Notes: generated from the sequence alone by a model not told the origin. DNA of 64,000 nucleotides from Chloroflexota bacterium (GCA_027623195.1 JAQBUT010000003.1:64001-128000); one strand, 5' to 3'. Shown: positions 28,277-38,176, counted from the stretch's first letter. Numbers and translations: made by a program.

Positions 28277-28320
28277 TGAACCGTTTGGTTAAATATAGCA
28301 GTGGAATAACCTGGTGTCAA
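28277..28320 (-). promoter_or_regulatory. sigma-70 promoter with overlapping ArsR-type palindrome
   Basis: TTGACA-N17-TATATT, then TTAACC-aaac-GGTTCA. Confidence 0.75.
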
Positions 28321-28356
28321 ACAAAACTGGATACCAATGCCAACCAGCGGTAGGGC

Positions 28357-28800
28357 CTACTGGTAGGATTCCGGCGTGCCGCCCTGGCAGGCAATGACTA
28401 ACCTCGGCATGAAGAAGTTCCAGCCTTCCGTATGCCGTTCCTGCATATCGCCTTCAAGTCCGTAGTGCCTCAGACGGACCAACGTCTCGTCTCCGTCCGG
28501 CGTTAGGGTGATCTCAACTGTTGTGGAGCCTGGGGTGACCATCTGGTCGTCACCCTCCCACCCGAACGTAAACACGACTCGTTCGTTGGGAACAACCTAG
28601 ACATATTCGCCCCTGGCAACGGCTTCTGCCTTTACGTTAAGCCGATATATGCCGCCGGGCCTGGGATCGAGCTCTCCGTCGAAGCCCATCCACGTCAGCA
28701 TCTTGTCCAGGTCCGTAAGGTAAGGAAATATGGTTTGAGGCTTCGCGGCTATTCGCACCTCGACCTCTACCGTGTCGCCTATTCGGTGAGATTCAGCCAT
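28357..28800 (-). pseudogene. SRPBCC protein with an in-frame TAG at codon 68
   Basis: Two track ORFs lie in one frame: ARGEYV*VVPNERVVFTFGWE; the stop sits at the position that is Glu in the paralog at 27135. Confidence 0.85.
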
Positions 28801-29138
28801 TATTCCCCTCTTGGTGTAGACCTGGGGCTTCCAGTATTTGACTCGGCAGCCTCCGCAACCTCCGCCAGTCGCGACAGGCTGTCCTGCCAGAACTGCTCCA
28901 TGTACTGACGCAACTCGGACATGGTGTCAGGGCGAATTCGATAGATTCGCCGGGTCCCTTGCCGTCTAACCTCGACCAGTTGACAGTCCGCCAGAACCTT
29001 CAGATGTTGGGATATGGCTGGCCGGGTGACCTCGAAATGCGACGCTATATCCCCGGCGGCAAGCTCATTGTCATGAAGCAGGCGCAATATATCCCTACGT
29101 CGTGGTTCGGCTATTGCCCGCAGGGCCTCTTCGATCAT
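28800..29138 (-). CDS. ArsR/SmtB family transcriptional regulator
   Basis: LRAIAEPRRRDILRLL, VTRPAISQHLKVL, RQGTRRIY. Confidence 0.92.
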   Translation of the reverse strand: MIEEALRAIAEPRRRDILRLLHDNELAAGDIASHFEVTRPAISQHLKVLADCQLVEVRRQGTRRIYRIRPDTMSELRQYMEQFWQDSLSRLAEVAEAAESNTGSPRSTPRGE

Positions 29139-29144
29139 GGCAGT

Positions 29145-29173
29145 ATGTTAGTGAGGGCTTACGGTAATGTCAA
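29145..29173 (-). promoter_or_regulatory. promoter for a probably leaderless arsR mRNA, with embedded operator
   Basis: TTGACA-N17-TAACAT, ATG 6 nt downstream, no RBS; imperfect palindrome GTAAGC-cctc-ACTAAC. Confidence 0.65.
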
Positions 29174-29204
29174 CCGCCTGGCTTTTTCGGGCGTGTCCAA
29201 ATGG

Positions 29205-29216
29205 GAACATATGTTG
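29205..29216 (+). promoter_or_regulatory. putative LexA (SOS) box
   Basis: GAAC-atat-GTTG (one mismatch to GAAC-N4-GTTC) directly before TAAAAT, upstream of dinB. Confidence 0.65.
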
Positions 29217-29242
29217 TAAAATGGCCGGGATAGGGCCAAACA

Positions 29243-30322
29243 ATGCGACACATACTACATGCCGACTTCGACGCTTTCTACACCTCTGTAGAGCAGTTGG
29301 ACAACCCTGACCTGCGCGGCAAGCCCGTGGTGGTCGGCGGCAGTCCAGACGATCGCGGCGTGGTAGCCTCCGCTTCCTACGAGGCGAGGAAATTCGGCGT
29401 CCGCTCCGCCATGCCCATGCGTACCGCACTGCGCCTTTGCCCTGAGGTCATCCGGGTGGGCTCTCGCTTCGACCGCTATCGTGAAGTGTCCCGGCAGGTC
29501 ATGGCTATTTTTCACGACATCACGCCGCTGGTTGAGCCGTTGTCTCTGGACGAGGCTTACCTCGACGTCACAGATAGAGTCACCCAAGAATTGTCTTCCC
29601 AGTCTATCGCTGCTGAGCTAAAAGCGCGCGTCAAGTCCGAGCTGGGCCTGACAATTTCGGTGGGCGTGGCGTGCAGCAAATCGGTGGCCAAGATTGCCTC
29701 CGACATGGACAAGCCGGACGGCCTTACGGTTGTGGCGCCCGGCCATGAGCTGGAATTCCTTGCGCCTCTGGCCGTATCGAAACTGTGGGGCGTGGGTCCC
29801 AAAACGGCAGAGCGTCTAAACAGCCAGGGTATCCAGACGATTGGCGATCTGGCAGGGCGTACTGAGGACTGGATGCGGCAGCGGTTCGGCAGCAACGGCG
29901 CCCACATGCGTCGACTTGCCTTGGGTCAGGACGACAGTGAGGTAAAGGTTGAGCGAGAGACGAAGTCCGTTAGCGCCGAGACGACGTTCTCAGAAGACAC
30001 CGGGGAGGCAGAAGCCCTGCTGGAAACGGTCAGCCGTCTTAGCCAAAGGGTAGCGCATAGTCTTGAGCGAAAGGAGTTGCAGGGGCGGACTGTCAAGCTG
30101 AAGCTGCGCCTGTCCGACTTCACAACATTCACCCGGCAGAAGACTGTCGCCGAGCCGGTGCATTCGTCTGACGACCTGGCCAATGCTGCGGGAGAGCTGT
30201 TGCGCGCGGAGCTTTTGCCAGGCCGCACCTTCCGTCTGGTCGGCGTAGGCGTCTCCGGCTTCGAAGGAGAGGAATCGGCTTCGGATGAGCCTCGCCAACT
30301 CCGCCTCTCCGGCTTCGAATAG
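29243..30322 (+). CDS. dinB: DNA polymerase IV
   Basis: HADFDAFYTSVE, SYEARKFGVRSAMP, EPLSLDEAYLD, AKIASDMDKPDG, C-terminal QLRL clamp motif. Confidence 0.96.
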   Translation: MRHILHADFDAFYTSVEQLDNPDLRGKPVVVGGSPDDRGVVASASYEARKFGVRSAMPMRTALRLCPEVIRVGSRFDRYREVSRQVMAIFHDITPLVEPLSLDEAYLDVTDRVTQELSSQSIAAELKARVKSELGLTISVGVACSKSVAKIASDMDKPDGLTVVAPGHELEFLAPLAVSKLWGVGPKTAERLNSQGIQTIGDLAGRTEDWMRQRFGSNGAHMRRLALGQDDSEVKVERETKSVSAETTFSEDTGEAEALLETVSRLSQRVAHSLERKELQGRTVKLKLRLSDFTTFTRQKTVAEPVHSSDDLANAAGELLRAELLPGRTFRLVGVGVSGFEGEESASDEPRQLRLSGFE

Positions 30323-30379
30323 TTTTGGATATTTTGCTAAATGAGCGTTTCAGAAATTGAAAAAACTTACCCGTAAAAA

Positions 30380-30403
30380 CGTTCTCCCTGAGCCTGTCGA
30401 AGG
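30380..30403. repeat. REP-like unit
   Basis: CGTTCTCCCTGAGCCTGTCGAAGG, near reverse complement of 12947-12970. Confidence 0.65.
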
Positions 30404-30434
30404 ACAGGTGCTAAAAACTGAGGTGGTGGACTGA

Positions 30435-30815
30435 ATGGAAAACATGGATGCGAAAACTTTGTCTAACGATTACACGGCCCTGGCACCAGATGGCTCCGAA
30501 ATTCGAGAGCTTGTGCAGGTGTCTGGCGGAAGCATGGTTCACTGCGCGCTGCCGGTTGGGGCCACGTCGATGGCCGTGGCGCACCGCACTGTAGATGAGG
30601 TCTGGTACGTCGTTGGCGGGCGTGGGCAAGTCTGGCGCAAGCGAGGTGATCAGGAGAGCGTTGTCGAAGCGATGCCTGGCGTATAGCTAATCATCGAGGT
30701 TGGAACGCACTTCCAGTTCCGCAATACCGGCGACGATCCGCTGTGCATCGTCATCACCACTATGCCGCCCTGGCCCGGCGAAAACGAGGCCGCGTGGGTG
30801 GAGGGGAAGTGGTAG
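30435..30815 (+). pseudogene. cupin protein with an in-frame TAG at 30684
   Basis: LAPDGSEIREL...HRTVDEVWYV...PGV*LIIEVGTHFQFRNTG...TMPPWPG...EGKW*; frame intact after the stop. Confidence 0.85.
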
Positions 30816-30833
30816 AAGGTTTCTCAAATACCC

Positions 30834-32030
30834 CTAAACAATAACCCCGTCGGCCCTTAGCGCGGAAATCTCCTCTGAGGACACGTCTAGCATGTCGGAC
30901 AGGATGGCGTCAGTATGCTCGCTGTAGCGTGGGGCTGGCGTCACTTCGGCAGGCGAGTGTTCCATCTTGATGGGGCAGCCGATCATCTTGTAGTCGCCTC
31001 GGGCCTCATCATGCACCTCGACAACCATCTCCCTGGCGATGAGTTGATCGTTGGTAAGCACCTCCTCAGGACTGATGACAGGGCCGCACCAGATGCCCGC
31101 AGGAGCCAGCGCGTGGAAGGCCTCGTACTTGGTGCGCTGCGAGGACCAGTCTGTCATGATCTTCGTGACCTCGTCGGCGTGGGCAGCGCGGGCCTCGTCG
31201 GTGGCGTAGCGCTCATCGCCGAGCAGGTCCTCGCGGCCGATCAGAGCCACAATCGTCTCCCAGGCCTGACCGCGTAGGTGAATCATCACGTAGTCGTCGG
31301 AGCCGCCGGGCGCGCACTGGAATACGTTGGGTATGCCGCTCCATCCTAGATGCCCCGGTCGGACATTCGGCTCGTTGGAGTTCAGGCTGCGAATCAGACG
31401 AATGCGCATGAGGTTGACCAGCCCGTCCTGCATGGCCACCTCGACGTGCTGGCCCTGGCCGGTCTGGTCGCGCTGTCGAAGCGCCGCAAGAATGCCAATG
31501 GCCATGTGCAGTCCCGTGCCGGAGTCGCCGCCTCCGATAGACGCCGAAAGCGGAGGACCGTCCGGGTAGCCATTGGACGCCATAAAACCGCTGGTGGCCT
31601 GTGCTGCCGTCTCAAAGCTTTTGTATTCGCTGTAAGGTCCGTACTCGCCGAAGCCCTTGATGCTGGCGTGTATCACCATGGAGTTGAGCTCTTTCAGGAC
31701 AGGGTAGCCCAGGCCCAACCTCTCCATAACGCCCTTCGAATAATTTTCCAGCACTATGTCGGCCCAGGGCACCAGCCGCTTGAACAGTTCCTTGCCCTTC
31801 TCTGTTTTGAGGTTCAGGGTAATAGCGCGTTTGTTGTTGTTGAAGATGGTGAAGTAGACGCTGTCCACACCCTCCTGATGGGCCATGTCCCAGCGGGTGC
31901 GGTCGCCACCGTCGGTGTCCTCGACCTTAATGACGTCTGCGCCAAGAAAGGCAAGCAACTGCGCGCACGACGGTCCAGCCTGCACCCTGCTCATGTCCAG
32001 AATCTTTACGCCTGCCAACGCCTTGTCCAT
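30834..32030 (-). CDS. class III CoA-transferase (formyl-CoA transferase-like)
   Basis: LAGVKILDMSRVQAGPSC, LGADVIKVE, NNNKRAITLNLK, GDSGTG. Confidence 0.92.
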   Translation of the reverse strand: MDKALAGVKILDMSRVQAGPSCAQLLAFLGADVIKVEDTDGGDRTRWDMAHQEGVDSVYFTIFNNNKRAITLNLKTEKGKELFKRLVPWADIVLENYSKGVMERLGLGYPVLKELNSMVIHASIKGFGEYGPYSEYKSFETAAQATSGFMASNGYPDGPPLSASIGGGDSGTGLHMAIGILAALRQRDQTGQGQHVEVAMQDGLVNLMRIRLIRSLNSNEPNVRPGHLGWSGIPNVFQCAPGGSDDYVMIHLRGQAWETIVALIGREDLLGDERYATDEARAAHADEVTKIMTDWSSQRTKYEAFHALAPAGIWCGPVISPEEVLTNDQLIAREMVVEVHDEARGDYKMIGCPIKMEHSPAEVTPAPRYSEHTDAILSDMLDVSSEEISALRADGVIV

Positions 32031-32150
32031 GAAGACTCCTTATCTCTAATGACGGTGCCGGTCGCGTCTCTTATCACGACCTACGATTCACGAGGGGGGC
32101 GATTAACGAAATAACTTCGAAGACGCCCTGAAGTTGCCGGGATTATAGCA

Positions 32151-33107
32151 CTACGTCCCCAGTTGCGAACCGATGAAGTCTTTGTAGCCCTGCGCGAAGT
32201 CCAACGCGGTGGCAGGACGCCTGCCCTCCATCTGCAGCGAGCGCAACTCGAGCACACCGCTGCCGGTGGTCACGCCAACGCCGCCATCCAGGGCTACGAC
32301 GGCGCCAGCAGACGCAGACGCTACTTCGGACGACTCTATGGCTTCGATGATTTTTACCGTCTTGCCCTGCCAGATCGTATGCGTGCCAGGCCAGGGGCAG
32401 TACGCGCGAATTCTTCTGGCTATGTATTCTGCAGAGTCGGACCAGTCTACGAGGCCGTCTTCTCTGGATAGGCGGCTGGTTACTGTGACCTGTGTTTCGT
32501 CTTGTGGCTTTGGTTGGATTTTGCCATTAGCCCAGGCAGGTAACACCTCGACCAGCAGGTCTCCCCCCATGCGGAACAGACGCTCGGTCAGCACGTCGCA
32601 GGTCTCGCCGGGTTTAATCAGCGTGGTTCGCTGCGCCACGATGGGGCCGGAGTCCATGCCCTCGTCCAGTTGTATCAGCGTTACTCCGGTCTCAATATCG
32701 CCGTTGAGAATGGCAGTGGATACTGGAGATGGGCCACGGTACTTGGGCAGCAGTGAAGGGTGTACGTTCAGCGTCTTGAGCCGCGGCAGGCTGAAGGTTT
32801 CGACAGGGAGGAATAGTCCATAGGCAGCCACGACGATGAGGTCTGCCTTCAGGCTCGCCAACTCTTCCTGCGCTGCCTCGTCGCGTCGAAGAGAGGCAGG
32901 TTGGAACATCGGCAGGCCTAGTTCCAGCGCGGCCTCCTTAACCGGCGTAGGGTGAACGCGCTTACCCCGGCCGGATTGGCGGTCGGGCTGGCTGTAGACG
33001 CCAACTAGTTCGTGCCCCTTGTCGACTAAAGCCGTTAGCACCGGCACTGCGATTTCCGGCGTGCCCATGAAGATTATTCTTAGATTTTCCACTTCGATCG
33101 TCATCAT
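32151..33107 (-). CDS. fmt: methionyl-tRNA formyltransferase
   Basis: IIFMGTPE, QPDRQSGRG, NVHPSLLPKYRGPSP, MDSGPI, PWPG. Confidence 0.95.
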   Translation of the reverse strand: MMTIEVENLRIIFMGTPEIAVPVLTALVDKGHELVGVYSQPDRQSGRGKRVHPTPVKEAALELGLPMFQPASLRRDEAAQEELASLKADLIVVAAYGLFLPVETFSLPRLKTLNVHPSLLPKYRGPSPVSTAILNGDIETGVTLIQLDEGMDSGPIVAQRTTLIKPGETCDVLTERLFRMGGDLLVEVLPAWANGKIQPKPQDETQVTVTSRLSREDGLVDWSDSAEYIARRIRAYCPWPGTHTIWQGKTVKIIEAIESSEVASASAGAVVALDGGVGVTTGSGVLELRSLQMEGRRPATALDFAQGYKDFIGSQLGT

Positions 33108-33111
33108 TCGC

Positions 33112-33810
33112 TCAACAGCGCGCCCCTTCGACATCGATGACATTGAAACGCACCTTGTCTCCGATTGCCAGCCCCATTGCTTTAGCTTCGCCTCCGTTTA
33201 TCTCGAAGTTGAATGCTGCGGGTTGGTTGGAGGCATACAGGGGCAAAGGTGAGGTCGGGGAATCTGGATTGGGCACATTCTCCGTGACGTCCACCACTGT
33301 GCAGTCCGCGCCTATCCAGACGAAGTCCAGAGGGAACCTCATCTCCTTCATCCAGAAGTTGGAGGCCTTGCCGCTCTCGAATATGAACAGCATCCCCGTG
33401 TGAGCCGGAAGGTTCGGTCTGAAAGACAGCCCCATAGTGCGCAAAGCAGGAGTGTTGGCAATCTCCGCACCGAACCTCACGTCCCCAATGACGACCGAGG
33501 GGCTTTCCTGCAATGCCGTATGAGTCTGCGTTGGGGCAGGTGGGGGCGCGGCAGTTGCCATCGGGATTGGGCTAGGCGATGAGGTCGGCGCGGTAGTAGC
33601 GGTCGCAATAGGTGTGCTGGTTGGCGTCGGGGTTCTGGCCGGTGCATTGGGGGGGGCTGTTTGCTGAATGGCTATCTCTGTTGTCGGTGGCGTGGCCTTG
33701 GGCGTTGAGCCCTGGCAGGCCACGAGCGCCAGACTGGCCACAGCCAAAATCACTGCTATCCAGGGCTTCCAAGCTACCCAAGAATTCAAAGAGATCAAAG
33801 AAATTCTCAT
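33112..33810 (-). CDS. DUF192-domain lipoprotein with Pro/Thr linker
   Basis: LVAC lipobox; EIANTPALRTMGLSFR, GMLFIF, FWMKEMRFPLDFVWI, EINGG. Confidence 0.88.
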   Translation of the reverse strand: MRISLISLNSWVAWKPWIAVILAVASLALVACQGSTPKATPPTTEIAIQQTAPPNAPARTPTPTSTPIATATTAPTSSPSPIPMATAAPPPAPTQTHTALQESPSVVIGDVRFGAEIANTPALRTMGLSFRPNLPAHTGMLFIFESGKASNFWMKEMRFPLDFVWIGADCTVVDVTENVPNPDSPTSPLPLYASNQPAAFNFEINGGEAKAMGLAIGDKVRFNVIDVEGARC

Positions 33811-35384
33811 TTAGAACGGTTCAGGGGCAGCGAATAGCCCTTGGCAATTTCTGCATAGGCTTTGACCTGTGCGTCAGTCCACTGCTGATCTTTGCCCAAC
33901 TCCCGCGCCATAATCTCAGCCACAACTGGGGCGGCCTCCGCGCTGGCTCTGGCATCCAGTAGAAGCGCGCGGGTGCGCCGGGAAAGCACGTCCTCCAGGG
34001 TTATCGCCATCTCGTTGCGAACAGCGTGGACGATGTGGCTTTTTCGGTAGGGCAGGTTGGGGTGAAGAGGTTCCCTAAGGTCTGGCGACTCATCCTCTAG
34101 GTGTCGAAGCATCTCTGCGTCGAAGCCGTAGTCCGGTTCCACTGTAGTATCTTCCGATGACTGATGGCCTGCCAGCTTGAGGTCGCCTGTGACGCATTGG
34201 TGTTGAGCCAAACTCCCGACAACCGCTGCCTGGTTAACGGCGTCCTCCGCCATCTGCCGATACGTGGTCCACTTACCTCCCGCCACAGTCACAAGCCCTT
34301 CTTTTGAGGTAAACACGGCGTGGCTGCGGGAAAGCGAAGACGTCTTTGTATTAGAAGAACCTGTTAGCAGTGGACGAATCCCCGCGAAGACGCTTTTGAC
34401 GTCGTCATTCGCTGGTATCTCCACCAGGTATTCCTTCAGATGTGACAGAAGAAAATCCACCTCATCGGACTTCGGCCTCGGACATTTCTGAGGTCCGGAG
34501 ACGGGGATGTCTGTTGTGCCCACCAGCACCCTTCCGTGCCAGGGAATGGCGAACAGCACTCGCCCGTCCTTCGTGGATGGTATCACCAGCGCGCTCTGGC
34601 CGGGGAGCAGTCTTCTGTCCAACACCATATGAGAACCCTGACTGTAGGTCAGGGTCGGCCTGGTTTCGCCGCCTTGCATGGCGCTGACCTCGTCGATGAA
34701 GATGCCGGTGGCGTTGACGACGACCTTGCCTTTTAAGGGAAACGCCTCTCCGGAAAGCTGGTCGACGGCCTGAACGCCTGTTATGCGGCCCGCGTTCTTC
34801 AGCAGGCCAGCAACCCTTACGTGATTAATGACCACAGCGCGGTTGTCTGCGGCAGATTGCGCCAGGCAGATTGCCATTCGGGCGTCGTCGAACTGGCCGT
34901 CGAAGTACTCAAGTCCGCCGAAGAGGTTTTCTCCATTTAGCGTAGGTAGGGCATTAATTGTGGCATCCCGGCTTAACATTTTGGAGCGACCAAAGTCTTT
35001 AGCGCCCCCGAGCAAGTCGTACATCTTCAGCCCGGTTCCGTAGTACAGCTTTGAAAACCGTCCGCCAACGGGAATCACGAAGGAACGCTTATGCACAAGA
35101 TGGGGGGCGTTTCGCAACATTCGGTTGCGCTCCCGCAAAGCCTCCCGCACTAGCGAAATGTTTCGCTGGGCCAGGTACCGTATGCCGCCATGGGCTAGCT
35201 TGGTGCTGCGGCTGGAGGTCCCGCTGGCGAAGTCATCGCGCTCCAGCAAAATTGTGCGGTAGCCTCGGGTAGCCGCGTCCAGCGCCGTCCCGAGTCCCGT
35301 AGCCCCGCCGCCTATCACAATCACGTCCCAGGTATTTTCGATATCTTTGGCCTGGGCTACGAACCGTTCACGATTTAGCTCGAT
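33807..35384 (-). CDS. glpD: FAD-dependent glycerol-3-phosphate dehydrogenase/oxidase
   Basis: WDVIVIGGGATG, GTSSRSTKLAHGGIRYL, DGQFDDAR, GGKWTTYRQMAED; frame extends 20 codons upstream to an ATC. Confidence 0.92.
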   Translation of the reverse strand: MELNRERFVAQAKDIENTWDVIVIGGGATGLGTALDAATRGYRTILLERDDFASGTSSRSTKLAHGGIRYLAQRNISLVREALRERNRMLRNAPHLVHKRSFVIPVGGRFSKLYYGTGLKMYDLLGGAKDFGRSKMLSRDATINALPTLNGENLFGGLEYFDGQFDDARMAICLAQSAADNRAVVINHVRVAGLLKNAGRITGVQAVDQLSGEAFPLKGKVVVNATGIFIDEVSAMQGGETRPTLTYSQGSHMVLDRRLLPGQSALVIPSTKDGRVLFAIPWHGRVLVGTTDIPVSGPQKCPRPKSDEVDFLLSHLKEYLVEIPANDDVKSVFAGIRPLLTGSSNTKTSSLSRSHAVFTSKEGLVTVAGGKWTTYRQMAEDAVNQAAVVGSLAQHQCVTGDLKLAGHQSSEDTTVEPDYGFDAEMLRHLEDESPDLREPLHPNLPYRKSHIVHAVRNEMAITLEDVLSRRTRALLLDARASAEAAPVVAEIMARELGKDQQWTDAQVKAYAEIAKGYSLPLNRSK

Positions 35385-35565
35385 GGTCTAGTTTCCTTTT
35401 GAATTAAATGATATTGCGGAATTGTTTGCCAAGTCCCAACCTTGTTGAGGACGCTCGAAAAATCGACGCTTACCACCAACGTCGGCCATAAATTATCGTA
35501 GGTCGCGTTGTCTTCCGCAAGGAAATTTTTCTGCCTGTCAGGGTTGCGTAGGTAGAAGGAAAGGC

Positions 35566-38073
35566 CTAGGCCAACTCCACAAGCGTAGCGCCGTTGCCAC
35601 CGCGTTCACGGGCCTCGGCCTCGAACGAGCGGGCCAACGGTTGACGTGCAAGATGATCGCGAACCGCCTGCCGGAGCGCGCCGGTTCCCTTGCCGTGTAT
35701 GATGCGCACGGAGCTAAATCCGTCGCGCACTGCCTTATCCAGAAAGTCCTCTACGCGGATGATAGCCTCGTCGGAGCGGAGCCCTCTCAGGTCCAACTCA
35801 GACGTTTCCAGCATTGGGCCAAAGTTTGTGGTCACGCCAGGTTCGAGGGGCCTGGGCTGATAATTCGGCTGGTCCACCGGCGTCAGCCTGCTGGCGTCCA
35901 CCTGTATTCGCACCTTTCCGATGATTACCTGAGCCTCGCCGCCTTTTTCAGGCAGCGAGCCAATGGCACCGACCAGGTTGAGGCCGCGAATATGGACCTG
36001 GTCGCCCACAGCCATAGCCCTGGCCTCTAGAGGTCGATACTGTGTCGCCCCCACCAGAACCGGCTTCTGCTCATCTAGTTCCTGTCGGATCCTCGCAACT
36101 TCCTGGGCGGTTGTAGTGGGAGCCCCTCGGGGAGCGCTCCACGATAAAGCAGTTTCGGCGCGGCGCAATTTCCGGCGGACCTCCTCATACTGGGCCAGGA
36201 GCTGCCTTCGAATGCTGTCCATGATGTCTTCGCGGTGGTTTACCAGGTAGTCTACCTGCTCCCGAAGTTGCTGCCTGAGCTGTTGAATCTCAGCCCGCGT
36301 CTGCTCCGTCTCCACCATACGGGTCTGTAGTTGCTCGCGGTCCCGCTGAAGCTCGTTAAGCCAGTCCTCGAATCGCAGGTGCTGAGGCTCCATTAGGGAC
36401 CTGGCATTTTCCATTATGTCTTCGGGGAGTCCCAGGCTTGCTGCCACTGCCATGGCGTAGCTGCGGCCGGGTATGCCCATAGTCAGGTGGTAGGTAGGCG
36501 ATAATGTCGTGGGGTTCAACTGCACGCTGGCATTCATCATGCTGTCGTTAGCCTCCGCGAATGTGGCTACGCTACGATGATGAGTGGTCACGATGGTTGA
36601 TATGCGCTGGTCCGCTAGCCGTTCCAGAATGGCCTTGGCCAACGCCGAACCCTCCTCCGGGTCCGTGCTGGTTCCTAGCTCATCCAATAGCACCAGTGAA
36701 TTAGGTGTCGCCTCCTCCAGGATGTCCACTACATTGCGCATGTGGGAGCTAAAGGTCGACACCGACTGCTCGATGCTTTGCTGGTCGCCAACGTCGGCGA
36801 AAACGCCATCGAATATGGGCAGCGAGGTGCCATCGTCCGCCGGCACCTGTAAGCCTGACTGGTGCATCAGCGTTAGCAAGCCCACAGTCTTCATGGCCAC
36901 GGTCTTGCCGCCAGTGTTGGGTCCTGTAACCACCAGCACCGACCAGTCCGGCCCTATGCTAATAGTTATGGGTGTAGCGTCACGGCCTAAAAGAGGATGC
37001 CGCGCGTTAATCAGGCGGTGCTCTGCAACGGCCTCTTCACGTCTTCCGGCGTCTGCGGTACGTATTGGAATAGCCGCCACTGCTCTCATGGCATAGCCGT
37101 AACGCGCTCTGGCCAGAATAAAGTCCAATCGCGCCGTGGTCTCGTTGCCGCGACGTATGTCCGGCGCGGTCTCCCCAATCAGCGTCGACAGGTCACGCAA
37201 CACCCGCAGCACCTCGCGTTGCTCCTCGAAGCCTAATTCACGCCAGTTGTTGCCCATGTCTACCGTGGTGAAGGGCTCCACGAAAAGCGTAGCGCCGGTG
37301 TTGGAGGCGTCGTGAACGATGCCGGGCAACCGGCTTCGCATCTCGGACTTTACCTGCACCACCAGTCTGTCGTTGCGAACGGATATGACGTTGTCCTGGA
37401 GCACGTCTACACCGGAGGGGGACTGGATGATGTCAGTCAACGCGGCCGTAACTCGTTCGTATGCCTGGCGAATCTGGCTCCGAAGCGCTCGGAGGTTGTG
37501 CGTTGCGTCGTCGACGACCTCGCCACGGTTGCCTATGCGTGTCCTAATCTGCCGGCTCAACTCTTGCAGGTCTGGGATGCCTTCGGCCATTTCGCGCAGC
37601 GTCGGGGCGTGATTGCCCACCCGCATAACGCCCGATCTGGCTCGACGCTGAATTTCCAGCGCCTCGGCTACGTTCAGCAGTTCTTGTCCCGTTAGCACGC
37701 CGCCCAACGACGCTCGCGCAACGGAAGTAGAGATGTCCAAAGTGGTGTGAAGGTTAACGTCGCCGCCTTCGTCCAGCAGCGCCCGGCCTTCCGCCGTTTC
37801 GCGCTGCATGTCGGCGACCTCGTCGGCGGCATAGGACGGGAACATCCGCAAGACGAGGTTACGCGCGGGGAAGAAGGTCACGTGCTCGGCCAGCCGTTCC
37901 CGAATTACGTTGTATTCCAGAAGCTCGAGGCTCTTGGCAATTGTGCCGTGAGGTTGCTCGGAATCAGCTTTCAGGAGTTGCTGTAGCTCCTCGACCGGAA
38001 CGGCCTCCACGGCCAAACCGTCAGCCTCGTAATAGGGGGGCTCGTTAAGTTCTTCTCTGTAGCGGGAATCCAT
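35566..38073 (-). CDS. mutS2: endonuclease MutS2
   Basis: TGPNTGGKT, DEL GTSTDPEEG, PGRSYA, C-terminal Smr domain LDLRG...IIHGKGTGALR. Confidence 0.95.
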   Translation of the reverse strand: MDSRYREELNEPPYYEADGLAVEAVPVEELQQLLKADSEQPHGTIAKSLELLEYNVIRERLAEHVTFFPARNLVLRMFPSYAADEVADMQRETAEGRALLDEGGDVNLHTTLDISTSVARASLGGVLTGQELLNVAEALEIQRRARSGVMRVGNHAPTLREMAEGIPDLQELSRQIRTRIGNRGEVVDDATHNLRALRSQIRQAYERVTAALTDIIQSPSGVDVLQDNVISVRNDRLVVQVKSEMRSRLPGIVHDASNTGATLFVEPFTTVDMGNNWRELGFEEQREVLRVLRDLSTLIGETAPDIRRGNETTARLDFILARARYGYAMRAVAAIPIRTADAGRREEAVAEHRLINARHPLLGRDATPITISIGPDWSVLVVTGPNTGGKTVAMKTVGLLTLMHQSGLQVPADDGTSLPIFDGVFADVGDQQSIEQSVSTFSSHMRNVVDILEEATPNSLVLLDELGTSTDPEEGSALAKAILERLADQRISTIVTTHHRSVATFAEANDSMMNASVQLNPTTLSPTYHLTMGIPGRSYAMAVAASLGLPEDIMENARSLMEPQHLRFEDWLNELQRDREQLQTRMVETEQTRAEIQQLRQQLREQVDYLVNHREDIMDSIRRQLLAQYEEVRRKLRRAETALSWSAPRGAPTTTAQEVARIRQELDEQKPVLVGATQYRPLEARAMAVGDQVHIRGLNLVGAIGSLPEKGGEAQVIIGKVRIQVDASRLTPVDQPNYQPRPLEPGVTTNFGPMLETSELDLRGLRSDEAIIRVEDFLDKAVRDGFSSVRIIHGKGTGALRQAVRDHLARQPLARSFEAEARERGGNGATLVELA

Positions 38074-38136
38074 GTCGTAATTCTACCAGACGTCGTAATG
38101 GCCTAAAATGCGTTGTCACCGCACCTAGGCGGCTGA

Positions 38137-38176
38137 TTGACGTAAAGAAGCTTTGTTTATAGAATAAGTTAACAAA
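38137..38176 (+). promoter_or_regulatory. sigma-70 promoter with overlapping inverted repeat
   Basis: TTGACG-N17-TAGAAT; TTTGTT (38152)...AACAAA (38171) flanks the -10. Confidence 0.65.

Noticed and set aside
30252..30319. 14-bp direct repeat TCTCCGGCTTCGAA at the dinB 3' end as an att site
   Set aside because: Both copies are in-frame (SGFE) and only 54 bp apart, with no cargo or integrase
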